Below the pieces are notes generated by a model, which worked only from the letters and a program-made list of their open reading frames with translations, ran no database searches and was not told the DNA's origin. Shown one piece after another: positions 48,294 through 59,745 of a DNA stretch of 64,000 bases. Every line of letters begins with the position of its first letter. Positions within the stretch are counted from its first letter, which is position 1. The translations under genes and the position numbers were made by a program. Source of the stretch: an uncultured Gammaproteobacteria bacterium. Lineage in GTDB: Bacteria; Patescibacteriota; Microgenomatia; Woykebacterales; RBG-16-39-9b. The stretch lies in NCBI GenBank assembly GCA_964360785.1, contig CAYHXX010000002.1, positions 28,107-92,106 on the forward strand, in the 5' to 3' direction.

Positions 48294-48635
48294 ATGAGTA
48301 ACAAATTTTTTTCCCCCGTTAGTTTGTGGGCATTGGTTTTAAACCTAATTGTTTTTTTCACTGCCGTAACTTTGCTGCTGCTCCACAGAAACTCCCTGCC
48401 ACCAACTTTACCTCTGTGGTTTTCGAAGCCTTGGGGGGCCGAGAGGCTAGCCCCACCGCTAGCTTTATGGCTTTTGCCCAGTATCATTCTAATTTCTCTG
48501 GTATTAAACAGCCTGGTCGCCAAGATACTTTTCGAAAACCAGAGAACTTTAGCTTTAATTTTAGTTTGGGCCACCCTGCTCGTTTCACTAATACTGTTTT
48601 TTCCACTGTACCGAATACTTTTGGTAATAGTTTAG
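48294..48635 (+). CDS. small membrane protein (113 aa)
   Basis: 3 hydrophobic helices; weak. Confidence 0.3.
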   Translation: MSNKFFSPVSLWALVLNLIVFFTAVTLLLLHRNSLPPTLPLWFSKPWGAERLAPPLALWLLPSIILISLVLNSLVAKILFENQRTLALILVWATLLVSLILFFPLYRILLVIV

Positions 48636-48638
48636 TTT

Positions 48639-49748
48639 ATGGAGTATCTTTTTTCTTTCCTAGTAGCCTTCTTAATTTCGTTTTTTATAACTCCTGCGTG
48701 TATCTCGTTAGCTAAAAAGTTTGGTTTTGTTGACCAACCAACGCGACCCCATCCTGCAATTTTGCATAAAAATATTTTACCTCGAGGAGGGGGCGTACCG
48801 GTACTAATCGCCCTCCTAATATCACTTAGCGTTGTCATTTTGTTCAGCTCACAACTCCAACTGACCAAGGCTTTGGTGGGAATTGTAACCGCCTCTGTGT
48901 TTCTTGTCGGCCTGGGTCTTGCTGATGACAAATACGACCTCAACCCCTATATGCGACTAGGCGCCAATGTGCTTATTGTTTTGATTGTGGTTGCCTCTGG
49001 TATTGGTATCAGCTCGTTTACGAATCCTTTTGGAGGCATTATTAACCTGGATACCATTGTTTTTCACTTTAATTTAGGAGAAAACTTTCTTTTTCTTGCT
49101 GGGCCACACTCAATTGTTGTCTTAGCTGATTTAGTTGCTCTCTTTTGGATCATTTGGCTTATGAATGCAATGAACTGGTCCAGTGGTATTGATGGCCAAC
49201 TAACCGGTACTGCTGTTATTGCTTTAGGCCTACTTGGTTTTGTTTCTGCTTCCTTGATCAGTAACGACAGTGTTCAAATCTTGCCAGCGACACTTGCCTT
49301 TGCCGGTGCTGGAGCTTTCCTTGGCTTTCTACCTTCTAGTTTTTACCCACAGAAAATTATGCCTGGCTATGGCGGGGCCGCCTTAGCAGGTTTTTTGATA
49401 GCGGTACTAGCAATACTTGCAGGAGCCAAACTTGCCTCGGTACTATTGATAATCTTAATCCCTCTTATCGATAGTCTTTGGACAGTAACAAGAAGGGTTC
49501 TTGGCCGCCATTCGCCGGTGTGGGGGGATAGCTTTCACCTTCACCATCAGCTCTTGCGTATGGGTTGGAGTGTTCCCCAGATCTGTTTTCTTTATTACAG
49601 TGTGACCTTCGTTTTTGGTCTGCTCGCGCTCAACCTGGACTCAGAAGGCAAATTTTTTGCAATTGCCATACTCGGTGCGTTAATATTCTCGAGTCTATTT
49701 ACAATTTTTGTATTAGCCAGAAAGCTGGACCTAAGAAGAAATGCATAA
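48639..49748 (+). CDS. MraY/WecA-family polyprenyl-phosphate sugar-1-phosphate transferase (GT4)
   Basis: DDKYDL (DDxxD), NAMNWSSGIDGQ (NxxNxxDGxDG), HLHHQ. 10-11 TM. Confidence 0.6.
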   Translation: MEYLFSFLVAFLISFFITPACISLAKKFGFVDQPTRPHPAILHKNILPRGGGVPVLIALLISLSVVILFSSQLQLTKALVGIVTASVFLVGLGLADDKYDLNPYMRLGANVLIVLIVVASGIGISSFTNPFGGIINLDTIVFHFNLGENFLFLAGPHSIVVLADLVALFWIIWLMNAMNWSSGIDGQLTGTAVIALGLLGFVSASLISNDSVQILPATLAFAGAGAFLGFLPSSFYPQKIMPGYGGAALAGFLIAVLAILAGAKLASVLLIILIPLIDSLWTVTRRVLGRHSPVWGDSFHLHHQLLRMGWSVPQICFLYYSVTFVFGLLALNLDSEGKFFAIAILGALIFSSLFTIFVLARKLDLRRNA

Positions 49749-50676
49749 GTTTTTCGATCAATCTTATTATTTGCTTATTTCACTTCGCCCCCGTCAATGG
49801 TTAAAGAACTTGAGTGTTTTCGCCGCTATTTTCTTCGGTGGTCGTTTTTTTGATCTAGCGGATTTCCAAACAACTTCTCTTGTTTTTATCATCTTTTGCT
49901 TACAGTCCTCCGCTGTCTATTTACTTAACGATGTTATTGATATCAAGGCCGATCAAAGCCACTTTTCAAAAAGGGAGCGTCCAATAGCAAAGGGTTTGAT
50001 TTCTCCCCGTATAGCAATCACAAGCGGTGTATTACTTTCCAGTTTTAGTTTGTTTTTGAGTTACCAAGTTTCTGACTTGGTCTTTTTGACAAATCTAATT
50101 TTTCTTGGCACTCAGGTTATTTATAGTCTGTACCTTAAGCAGGTAATTATTTTTGATATCCTCGCTATTTCCTTGACATTTATGCTCAGAGTTTTTGCCG
50201 GCTCTTTCGCAATTAGTGAACCACTCTCTGCCTGGTTGATACTAACCGTGATGATGCTATCACTATTTCTAGCAATTGGAAAAAGGCGTAGTGAAGTAAC
50301 CTTACTAAGCTTTCAACAGGCAGTGGAACATAGAAAAATATTGTCTCACTACCCACTAAATCTGCTTGATGGTTTGGTTTTTATGATGGCAACTTCAAGT
50401 TTATTAACTTACAGTCTTTTCACATTCAACACTGGGCGGACAACCAATACAAACTTTTTGGGGGACTATCTACCGATAACACTGGCAAACCCGCGCTGGT
50501 TAATGCTCACTATTCCTTTTGTTGTCTACGGAATTTTTCGTTACCTTTATTTGATATTTGAGAAAAAAGAAGGAGAATCACCAGAAAAAGTACTCTTGAC
50601 TGACACACCCCTTTTTACAACAGTTCTTTCTTGGATCCTTCTTACATTTGTAGTTATCTACGTTTTTGGAGCCTAA
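49741..50676 (+). CDS. UbiA-family prenyltransferase (decaprenyl-phosphate phosphoribosyltransferase-like)
   Basis: YLLNDVIDIKADQSHFSKRERPIAKG (NDxxDxxxD) plus second Asp-rich region. 8-9 TM. 8-nt overlap with the upstream gene. Confidence 0.65.
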   Translation: MHKFFDQSYYLLISLRPRQWLKNLSVFAAIFFGGRFFDLADFQTTSLVFIIFCLQSSAVYLLNDVIDIKADQSHFSKRERPIAKGLISPRIAITSGVLLSSFSLFLSYQVSDLVFLTNLIFLGTQVIYSLYLKQVIIFDILAISLTFMLRVFAGSFAISEPLSAWLILTVMMLSLFLAIGKRRSEVTLLSFQQAVEHRKILSHYPLNLLDGLVFMMATSSLLTYSLFTFNTGRTTNTNFLGDYLPITLANPRWLMLTIPFVVYGIFRYLYLIFEKKEGESPEKVLLTDTPLFTTVLSWILLTFVVIYVFGA

Positions 50677-51224
50677 TTCCGGTTTACGAATTTATAGTAA
50701 GCGAAGGTAAGAGCTACAGTAATTGCCAAACTCATCCCCAATACAAATTTCGAACTTAACCCTTGATAAACATTTACTAAAATAAAAAATAGTATTAGCC
50801 AAGACAACACTAACCAAACAGTTGCAGTGTGGTAAATTGATCCAGTTGTCGTCAACCAAAATTCTTTACCTTTACTGTAAAGTTTGCTTATCAGCGTCGG
50901 GTGAGTAGTATCAATATTGAGATGATTTGCTTGAAAAAGTGCCCAACTAAAACCTATTCCACAAGCTAGCATAGTTAAGGTATCAGAAAAATTTACCAAA
51001 GTAGATAAATCCTCTTCGCTATTAAACTGTAGGATTAGGAAATTATTTTCAGACCCTGCGAAATTAGTTTTCCAAGCAATATTAAAAAGTATGCTACCGA
51101 CAAAGATACCTAATATCTTAGTTGCGATTAGGATTACAGATGGTAGTATCGCGCGATCAACTACCCTGATAGCAGAAATTCGGGGCATATACTTGAGACT
51201 AACAATTTTTGCGCCCTTAGACAA
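50673..51224 (-). CDS. integral membrane protein (183 aa), function unknown
   Basis: 5 TM helices. 4-nt convergent overlap with the ubiA-like gene. Confidence 0.4.
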   Translation of the reverse strand: MSKGAKIVSLKYMPRISAIRVVDRAILPSVILIATKILGIFVGSILFNIAWKTNFAGSENNFLILQFNSEEDLSTLVNFSDTLTMLACGIGFSWALFQANHLNIDTTHPTLISKLYSKGKEFWLTTTGSIYHTATVWLVLSWLILFFILVNVYQGLSSKFVLGMSLAITVALTFAYYKFVNRN

Positions 51225-51276
51225 GTGAGACAGAATTTGCTATCCTACCATGAGAATTTAATTGCACGGTTAGCAT

Positions 51277-52158
51277 ATGGCTAAGAAGCTGCTCTTCTTC
51301 TTTTTTCTAATAACTACTCTAGGTGCCTTGGTTTTCTTCGTCTTCAACTGGGTAATACCTTTTCTACAGCCAAATATCGGACAGCTTTCGGTCAATACGC
51401 CATTTCAAAGTTCCACTGCTTTTTTAGATAACAAAAAACTTGGGGCCACTCCTTTTTATTCCAAAAACTTGAAGATCGGGGATCACACCCTAACTATCGA
51501 ATCAGAGGAAACAAAATGGGAAACAAAGACCACACTTTCCTCTGGAACCTTTAATACTTTGGATATCAACATCACCAAGGCAGAAGAGTTTATCTCGGGA
51601 GAGAATTTATTTTTTCGAAAGGGCCAGAAAAGTTTAGTGGTAACTTCAAAACCACAAGGGGTAAAGGTTTTCCTCGACAATAAGGAAAAAGGCTCTACCC
51701 CCATAAAACTCGAGCCTTCGGAAGGCGTCTCGACCTTAATTTTGAAAAAAGATGGTTATCTTAGCCGTGAAATAAATCCAAATGTAGTTAACGGCTACCG
51801 ACTGACAGTTAATGTCTTTTTGTCAGTTGACCCGTTTGGAACCACAAAGAAACTGGATGCAAATTCAAAAATAGCCTTGTTTTCCCTGCACAATAATTTC
51901 ATTAATTTATCAAAATCATATTCTGACTGGGCCGAGGGTGTGGAGTTTACTCAACGCCAGCTTGGCAGCACCGACACCCGGTTTGATCTCCTGATTGACC
52001 CAGGTGGTAAAACTTACATTCTTGATGAAACTTCATGGAAGAATAAACTCGCTACCAAAGCGGTTGCAAATGTTGGTTACCTGGCCACGAAACAAAATGA
52101 TACTTTATCTGAAAAAGCCAATTCCGAATGGCAGAAACTGAAAACCCAATTCAACTAA
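51277..52158 (+). CDS. PEGA-domain-containing secreted protein
   Basis: N-terminal TM/signal. SKPQGVKVFLDNKEKGSTPIKLE and TKWETKTTLSSG PEGA-like repeats. Confidence 0.45.
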   Translation: MAKKLLFFFFLITTLGALVFFVFNWVIPFLQPNIGQLSVNTPFQSSTAFLDNKKLGATPFYSKNLKIGDHTLTIESEETKWETKTTLSSGTFNTLDINITKAEEFISGENLFFRKGQKSLVVTSKPQGVKVFLDNKEKGSTPIKLEPSEGVSTLILKKDGYLSREINPNVVNGYRLTVNVFLSVDPFGTTKKLDANSKIALFSLHNNFINLSKSYSDWAEGVEFTQRQLGSTDTRFDLLIDPGGKTYILDETSWKNKLATKAVANVGYLATKQNDTLSEKANSEWQKLKTQFN

Positions 52159-52198
52159 CGGATCTCGCTGTGATATAATCCGAACCTACTGATAGCTT

Positions 52199-52272
52199 GG
52201 CGTCGTGACCGAGTGGCTAGGTAGAGGTCTGCAAAACCTTTTACAGCGGTTCGAATCCGCTCGACGCCTCCA
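52199..52272 (+). tRNA. tRNA-Cys (anticodon GCA)
   Basis: Acceptor GGCGTCG/CGACGCC, anticodon arm GAGGT-CTGCAAA-ACCTT, T arm AGCGG-TTCGAAT-CCGCT, CCA end. Confidence 0.75.
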
Positions 52273-52378
52273 ATTTTACGGTTCGCTCCCGATGCAATCG
52301 GGATTGGATGCGAAGCATCTGCTTCCCCTCCGCACCTCCAAACTTGACATCCTATAACTATTCTGTTAGACTACGTTC

Positions 52379-52408
52379 GTCCTTCCAATCTTGTGGAAGG
52401 ATTTTTTG
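52379..52408 (+). terminator. intrinsic terminator-like hairpin (CCTTCCA-ATCTTG-TGGAAGG followed by ATTTTTTG), preceded by TTGACA-17-TAGACT at about 52330-52358
   Basis: Hairpin plus T-run. Overlaps the first codons of the ORF-track start for the M23 gene. Confidence 0.4.
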
Positions 52409-52432
52409 TTTCCCCCGATTTATTCGGGGTCT

Positions 52433-53140
52433 ATGATAAAAACTTATCTATCTGCTCTCACTGTCTTTTTACCTGCTGTCTCAAAAATTAATACTTTAGT
52501 AAGGGCCTTTTCAAACACGGTCGCTACTGCATTAGCTCTAACCTTCAAAGTTCTCTCCAAGCTACGTCGAATAGGAATATTTCTTTTCCAAAAACAACTC
52601 TCTTCCACTTTCACTATTTCAAAGTTTGCACGACTCCCAGTCGTTAGCCTTCTTATCCTTTTATTTCTAGCCATTGGTCCTCACACCAGTGTATTAGCCG
52701 GTTGGGAGGAAAAAGTAGTTCCCGACAATCACACCATTCTTGGCCAAAAAATTACTGATGAAATTAGAGCAGTGGAAATACCAAAGTTTCATCGACCTGT
52801 TGAAATAAGCTATATCTCTACCTATTTTTCTCGGTATCACCAAGGTATTGATTTACCCAATTTCTTCGGGGCACCAGTCAGACCCAGCGCGGGGGGAGTA
52901 GTTACTTTTGCTGGTTGGTCAAATCTCGGTTATGGAAATTTGGTTATTGTCCGTCATGAGCTTGGTTATGAATCTTTGTATGCACACTTGTCTGACACTT
53001 CGATTAAAGAAGGGGCCGTTGTAACTTCTGAATCGATTATCGGTAGGGTGGGATCAACTGGAGTTGCTTCTGGAAATCATCTTCACCTTGAAATTCACTT
53101 CAAGGGAAACCCGATCAATCCTTTGACTTTGATTCCTTAG
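52433..53140 (+). CDS. M23-family metallopeptidase (LytM-like); start uncertain (52391 or 52433)
   Basis: HQGIDL, GYGNLVIVRH, HLHLEIH motifs. Confidence 0.7.
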   Translation: MIKTYLSALTVFLPAVSKINTLVRAFSNTVATALALTFKVLSKLRRIGIFLFQKQLSSTFTISKFARLPVVSLLILLFLAIGPHTSVLAGWEEKVVPDNHTILGQKITDEIRAVEIPKFHRPVEISYISTYFSRYHQGIDLPNFFGAPVRPSAGGVVTFAGWSNLGYGNLVIVRHELGYESLYAHLSDTSIKEGAVVTSESIIGRVGSTGVASGNHLHLEIHFKGNPINPLTLIP

Positions 53141-53874
53141 ATTAGTAGGTAGATCTTGGCTTTTTTCTGAAGTTCGTCGTACCAAGACTGAAATTTCTCG
53201 TTCAATTTCTCGTTCTGCAATTGGTCTTTGACCGCGTTTCGATCTTTGATATCAACTCCCAAGGAAGAATTGTCCTTGTTGTTAGCAATATACTCATCGA
53301 TTTCTTTGTCCTCAACTTTGATTTTGTCTTTCAGGAGTTTTTCGACGAGTAGTTGGATCCTGATTTGGTTTTTGAATTCTGTTTCTGAAATACCTCTTGA
53401 TTCCAAGGCTTGCTTAAGCTGCTCTTTACCACCTAGTTGTTTTTCAATTTCCCCGGTCTTCTTATCGAGATCTTCTTGGGAGAGCACAATTCCGTTCTTG
53501 TTGGCTTCTTGACTGATGAGTTTGTCTCTGACTATTTGATTCAAGATTTCTTTGTTATCCTTGGCTTTGAGGTTTTGGTAGTATTCAACAGTTGTTATAG
53601 GTTGGTTGTTTACCACGGCTGCCACAAACCAGTTTTTCTTAAAAAAGAGGAATGCACCCAAAGCGACGACTACCAAAGTGATAGCTAGATAACGAGTATA
53701 AAGTGTGCGGTTGTTGGAAATGTTCTTACGAATTGCAGAGTAGACTGCTTTTGGCGAAAATCTCGCCTCTTTGGCCTTGTTAGTTTTCTTCGCTACAGGC
53801 GAAGCTTTTGTAGTGGCTTTCTTTGTTTTGCTTTTAGTAGCTTCTGACGTGGTTTCTTTCTTTTTAGTTGCCAT
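53137..53874 (-). CDS. SurA-N/PrsA-like periplasmic chaperone-like protein (no PPIase domain); Lys-rich N-terminus plus TM
   Basis: Architecture only: basic tail, TM, then helical domain resembling a SurA N-terminal domain. Confidence 0.35.
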   Translation of the reverse strand: MATKKKETTSEATKSKTKKATTKASPVAKKTNKAKEARFSPKAVYSAIRKNISNNRTLYTRYLAITLVVVALGAFLFFKKNWFVAAVVNNQPITTVEYYQNLKAKDNKEILNQIVRDKLISQEANKNGIVLSQEDLDKKTGEIEKQLGGKEQLKQALESRGISETEFKNQIRIQLLVEKLLKDKIKVEDKEIDEYIANNKDNSSLGVDIKDRNAVKDQLQNEKLNEKFQSWYDELQKKAKIYLLI

Positions 53875-54312
53875 AGGATGAGATTTATTCTAAAACATCC
53901 TTTAGCAATTTTTCAAGGGGTACTTTTGAAAATGAAAAACGACAGCAAGCTTGTAGGCTAACGCTGTCGTTTGTTTCTAGTCGTCCGGGTCTCCATTCTG
54001 CCGTGTCAGAATTTCGCGGAGACCCGGTATAGGCGAACGAAACCAGTCTTCTGATCCATCTCCATCTGTTGCAACACCTTTTGAGTCAAGCTCGAAGGTG
54101 GAACAGACTTCATCGACGGACCAGTCGCTCTGTCGCTGCCTCGCTCCTCATTAAGGATTAACACGGTACATCCTGGGTGCGGACTACAATATAACATAAA
54201 ATTAAGAGTTTGTCAATACTATGGGTTACAGTTGTTTACTTTAGTTACGAAAAAAGGGCCTCATCAGAAGCCCTTTTTCTTGACACATGCAACTTGCTAC
54301 TTGTAACTTAGT

Positions 54313-55950
<1,638 letters not shown>

Positions 55951-56030
55951 CTAAAATATCGATCGTAATACTAATTCTTTGTTTCTCAGAAACAACTTTC
56001 TGATCGATATAATTTACCTCCTTTAAATTA

Positions 56031-56324
56031 TTAATCTACTATTGCCATTACATCTTCAAACTTAACCAATTTGAATTCCTCACCATCAAGTTTGAGCTCA
56101 TCGCCACCCCATTTTTTGTAAATTACAGTGTCCCCAACACTAAACTCCGCTTTCTCTTCGTGTTCGGGGTGTTTGATCGGGGAACCAACGGCAATAACCT
56201 TACCTTTGGCTGGTCGTTCTTGAGCATTGTCTGGTAAATAGATCCCGGAAGCGGTCTTCTCAACTGCTTCTTCTGGTTTTATTAACGCATAACCAGCAAG
56301 CGGCTTTAATGTAACTTTTGACAT
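56031..56324 (-). CDS. groS: co-chaperonin GroES
   Basis: 97 aa, LKPLAGYALIKP...VGDTVIYKKWGG. Confidence 0.9.
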   Translation of the reverse strand: MSKVTLKPLAGYALIKPEEAVEKTASGIYLPDNAQERPAKGKVIAVGSPIKHPEHEEKAEFSVGDTVIYKKWGGDELKLDGEEFKLVKFEDVMAIVD

Positions 56325-56378
56325 AAACCTCCTAAAATTAAACTCTTTAAATTGTTAGTGTGGGCAAAATCTATAAAC

Positions 56379-56403
56379 AGCACTCTCAACTCTTTTGTGC
56401 TAA
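56379..56403 (-). promoter_or_regulatory. CIRCE-like operator upstream of groES (minus strand TTAGCAC-N11-GAGTGCT)
   Basis: Inverted repeat about 60 nt upstream of the groES start. TTGACA lies upstream on the minus strand. Confidence 0.45.
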
Positions 56404-56447
56404 CGTAGTTTATAGATTCCTGTTTTTGTTGTCAAGGGATACTACTT

Positions 56448-57803
56448 TTAGTTTGCGGTTACCGATGATATCAGGCTGTATTTTTTAAGCACTGCGGTTA
56501 GCTTTTTGTCCAAATCCTTAAGCTGTCCTGAAGCCGATCCACCTGTTTCTACCTCCAAAACTACATTTTTGAATTCGGTTACGATATTGTCATTTAAACC
56601 TTGGTCGTACGTATCACTGTGCAAATACCAACTTCTTGCACTCGGAGCTTGCACAAGGTAGGCCGCCAAGTAGGGGTTGGTTGTCTGCTCTTTGGCCATA
56701 TCGACTCGGGGGAAGGCTCTACCGAAAATATTTTGCTCACTCTCATACTTAAAAACTTCCCGCAAAACTTCCTTTGAAGTCAGGTAGGCGGCTAATTTCC
56801 AACTAGCTTGTTTTTGATTACTTTTTTCCGAAACTCCAATGGCCCAGTAGCTTCCCCAGGTAACAGTTTCCGAATCTGGAAGCTGTGGGGTCGGGGCAAC
56901 ACCAAAATCAAGTTTTAGGTTTTCTTTTTTCAGTGTTTCCAGCAGGGTGTGGATCTTCTCTGCTGGCAAAATAATCATGGCTGTCTTACCCGTAGAGAAA
57001 GCAGCGATACTATTTGGCAAGGTGTTATCCCAGATCTTGTCCTCTTTCGAGAATTTCAGATAGCCATCAACGGCGTCACTGACAAGATTTGTTCCGCGTG
57101 AGCCTTTGTTATCAAGGATATTTAGTTTCCCATTGTTGACAAATGCAACACCGTTTTGCAGCAAAAAGAGCCCAATTATTTCCGAAAAATTCTCAACGTT
57201 GTTTACTGTACCCAAGGCAATTGCTGAGTTGAGGATACGTTGTTTGTCCCGGATAGTGAGGGCTGGACCATAAACTTGACGGAGTTGGGCCCAAGTTGTC
57301 GGTGCCTCTTTGAAGTTGGACGAAGCAAATATTGATTTATTATAAAGCAGGGCAAGCCCATCAATCTCCAAGGGAAATCCTCTGTAAGAACTTCCGAGTT
57401 TCATATCGGTTTTTGTGATTGGGTAAAAAGTTTTTTCGTATTCGATAGCACTCATAACACTCTCTGGGAGCGAGGCTAAGCTTTTGCCCAACTCAGGACC
57501 CCAACCGCTGTGCCACCAAAAAAGGTCTGGGGTAGTATCTTTGTTCACAAGGTCAGCTTTCAAAGTTGGAAAATAATTTTCCTTTTGCCGTTGTTCGTAT
57601 TCAATCGTAATCTCGGGATTTTTTTCTTGAAAGTCTTTTTTTATCGTATTAAAAACTACTGGGTCCCAAAAACCAACTACTTTGAGGAAAATTGGTTTGG
57701 GCTCACTTTCTCTTTTGAATACAAGGGTGAGGATAAAGTAGGTAACTACAAGTGTAATGAGGAATAAAACTATGTAGAGTATTTTTGTCTTGGCAGTAGA
57801 CAT
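56448..57803 (-). CDS. extracellular solute-binding protein (ABC transporter SBP family 1-like)
   Basis: N-terminal TM/signal anchor. Size and composition typical of sugar-binding SBPs. No permease adjacent. Confidence 0.45.
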   Translation of the reverse strand: MSTAKTKILYIVLFLITLVVTYFILTLVFKRESEPKPIFLKVVGFWDPVVFNTIKKDFQEKNPEITIEYEQRQKENYFPTLKADLVNKDTTPDLFWWHSGWGPELGKSLASLPESVMSAIEYEKTFYPITKTDMKLGSSYRGFPLEIDGLALLYNKSIFASSNFKEAPTTWAQLRQVYGPALTIRDKQRILNSAIALGTVNNVENFSEIIGLFLLQNGVAFVNNGKLNILDNKGSRGTNLVSDAVDGYLKFSKEDKIWDNTLPNSIAAFSTGKTAMIILPAEKIHTLLETLKKENLKLDFGVAPTPQLPDSETVTWGSYWAIGVSEKSNQKQASWKLAAYLTSKEVLREVFKYESEQNIFGRAFPRVDMAKEQTTNPYLAAYLVQAPSARSWYLHSDTYDQGLNDNIVTEFKNVVLEVETGGSASGQLKDLDKKLTAVLKKYSLISSVTAN

Positions 57804-57814
57804 GAAATTATTTT

Positions 57815-58687
57815 TTACTTTATTCTGTTTAAGTACTCTTTCAAGGAAGCTGCTATATCTTCTCGTTTCAAACCAAACTCAATATTGGCCTCGATAAATC
57901 CAAGTTTGTCTCCAATGTCATAATAGCGTGCGTTTTCAACTAGTACCGTGTAGACTGGCTCGTTTTTAATTAGTTCTGAGATCGCGTCGGCCAGCCAGAT
58001 TTCACCGGATTTACCAGGTTGCAAGTTGTCTAGATATTTCCAGATCGAGGGTGTAAAAATGTAGGCTCCATGAGTAGCAATGTCGCTTGGCGCCTCATCG
58101 GGGGAGGGTTTTTCAACTATTTTCTCTATTTGGTAGATGTTGCCTTCGATATGCTTTACTTGTGCAATTCCGTATTTACTCAGAGCCGTTTGGTCCGTAA
58201 TTTTAACCCCACTGATCATACTTACTTGATACTTGTCGTAAGCATCGATTAGCTGCTTCAAACGCGGGGGTTCAGAGTAAATAAACTCATCTCCCCAGAC
58301 AACTGCAAAAGGCTCATCTTCAACCAAGGGTTTTGCTGAGATAACCGGGGAAGCGTTACCATAGGGTCCTTTTTGACGAACGTAAATAAAATTCGCCATC
58401 GTCGCAATATTTTTAATCTCTTGTGCTTTTTCAGTTTTTCCAGTTTCGATCAGGAAATCTTCGAAATCTTTACTTCGATCAAAATGGTCCTCAATCGCTC
58501 TTTTGCTGCCCCCCGTAACGATGATGATATCCTTGACTCCTGAGGCTACAATTTCTTCGACGACATACTGGATCACAGGTTTATCCACAATTGGTAACAT
58601 TTCCTTGGGCATGGCTTTGGTTGCCGGTAAAAACCTTGTTCCGAGGCCAGCGGCAGGGATGATTGCTTTGGTGATTTTATTGCTCAT
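57815..58687 (-). CDS. galU: UTP--glucose-1-phosphate uridylyltransferase
   Basis: KAIIPAAGLGTRFLPATKAMPKEMLPIVDKPVIQY. Confidence 0.8.
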   Translation of the reverse strand: MSNKITKAIIPAAGLGTRFLPATKAMPKEMLPIVDKPVIQYVVEEIVASGVKDIIIVTGGSKRAIEDHFDRSKDFEDFLIETGKTEKAQEIKNIATMANFIYVRQKGPYGNASPVISAKPLVEDEPFAVVWGDEFIYSEPPRLKQLIDAYDKYQVSMISGVKITDQTALSKYGIAQVKHIEGNIYQIEKIVEKPSPDEAPSDIATHGAYIFTPSIWKYLDNLQPGKSGEIWLADAISELIKNEPVYTVLVENARYYDIGDKLGFIEANIEFGLKREDIAASLKEYLNRIK

Positions 58688-58749
58688 TTTGACGGTTTTT
58701 AATTGTAGTTATGCTATCATAGCAGGAGTAGACAGACAATTGAAGGGAG

Positions 58750-59328
58750 GTGGAAAAAATAATGATTAAAAATCCTTCACAACGAGTCGGAGTTTTTATA
58801 GATGTCCAAAATCTTTATTACTCGGCCAAAAATTTATATAACGCAAAAGTAAATTTCGGAAAAATACTGGAAAAAGCAGTCGCTGGTCGACAGCTTATCC
58901 GCGCTTTTGCCTACGTAATCAACGCAGATATCCCTGAGCAGCAATCTTTTTTCGAAGCCCTAGCCAAAGCTGGTTTTGAGGTAAAAAGTAAAGATATTCA
59001 GCTATTTCCTGGTGGGGTCAAAAAAGGCGATTGGGATGTCGGTATTGTCATTGATATGATCCGAATGGGAGCAAAACTTGATGTCATGGTGTTGGTTTCT
59101 GGAGATGGGGATTACGTACCAGCTCTTGAGTACTTGCGCAATCAGGGACATTTGATCGAAGTAATTGCTTTTGGAAAAAGTACTAGTGCAAAATTGATTC
59201 TTGAAACAGACGAGTTTATTGACCTTGATCAGGACAGCGCTCACTATCTGATTGCCAATCGAAGGCCGCCTTACGCCAAAAGAGGTTATACAAAACCTCC
59301 CAGCAACGAGTCTTTGTCCGAATTATAG
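58750..59328 (+). CDS. NYN/LabA-like domain protein
   Basis: VGVFIDVQNLYYSA N-terminus and LVSGDGDY motif. Confidence 0.6.
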   Translation: MEKIMIKNPSQRVGVFIDVQNLYYSAKNLYNAKVNFGKILEKAVAGRQLIRAFAYVINADIPEQQSFFEALAKAGFEVKSKDIQLFPGGVKKGDWDVGIVIDMIRMGAKLDVMVLVSGDGDYVPALEYLRNQGHLIEVIAFGKSTSAKLILETDEFIDLDQDSAHYLIANRRPPYAKRGYTKPPSNESLSEL

Positions 59329-59426
59329 AAAGTTCCAAGGAAAAGCAACCAAAACCGCTAGTCTTCTTAGACGCAAGTCTAAAAGAGACTTATAGTGTTG
59401 TTCGGTTTTCTTTGGGTACTCTGAAA

Positions 59427-59686
59427 TGAAAAAGCCCGCCCGTACGACCAACCAGCAGGTTGTTTTGTGTCGTACGGAACGGGCTCTTGTGACTTCCGGT
59501 TCGTGTTCAGCTCGTCAGGGTGATGCCTGAGTTGCTGAGTTCAGTGCCGGCGCCGCGCACGCGAGATCAGCCGGACGCGCCGTCGATCTCCAGGTCGAAC
59601 AAGCTTTCGAAAATCACCTGGGACAACCGTCTCATGAAAGGTATCCTTTCCTCGCTACTGAACCAGTTCACTCGAACCAGTCGATA
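59427..59686 (-). ncRNA. candidate structured sRNA (about 260 nt), unassigned, with its own near-consensus promoter and intrinsic terminator
   Basis: Minus-strand TTGACA(59716-59721)-17-TAGAAT(59693-59698). G+C-rich body with no ORF of 60 aa or more. Terminator hairpin at 59433-59485 plus U-run. Confidence 0.45.
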
Positions 59687-59745
59687 AAAAATATTCTAGC
59701 ATATCTTAGCAAATCTGTCAACTATGGGTCTATTGGGATTTTTGT

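Noticed and set aside
59580-59650. 22-codon ORF (MRRLSQVIFESLFDLEIDGASG) at the 5' end of the 59.4-59.7 kb RNA
   Set aside because: Too short and unsupported. Reported only as a note within the ncRNA candidate, not as a CDS.
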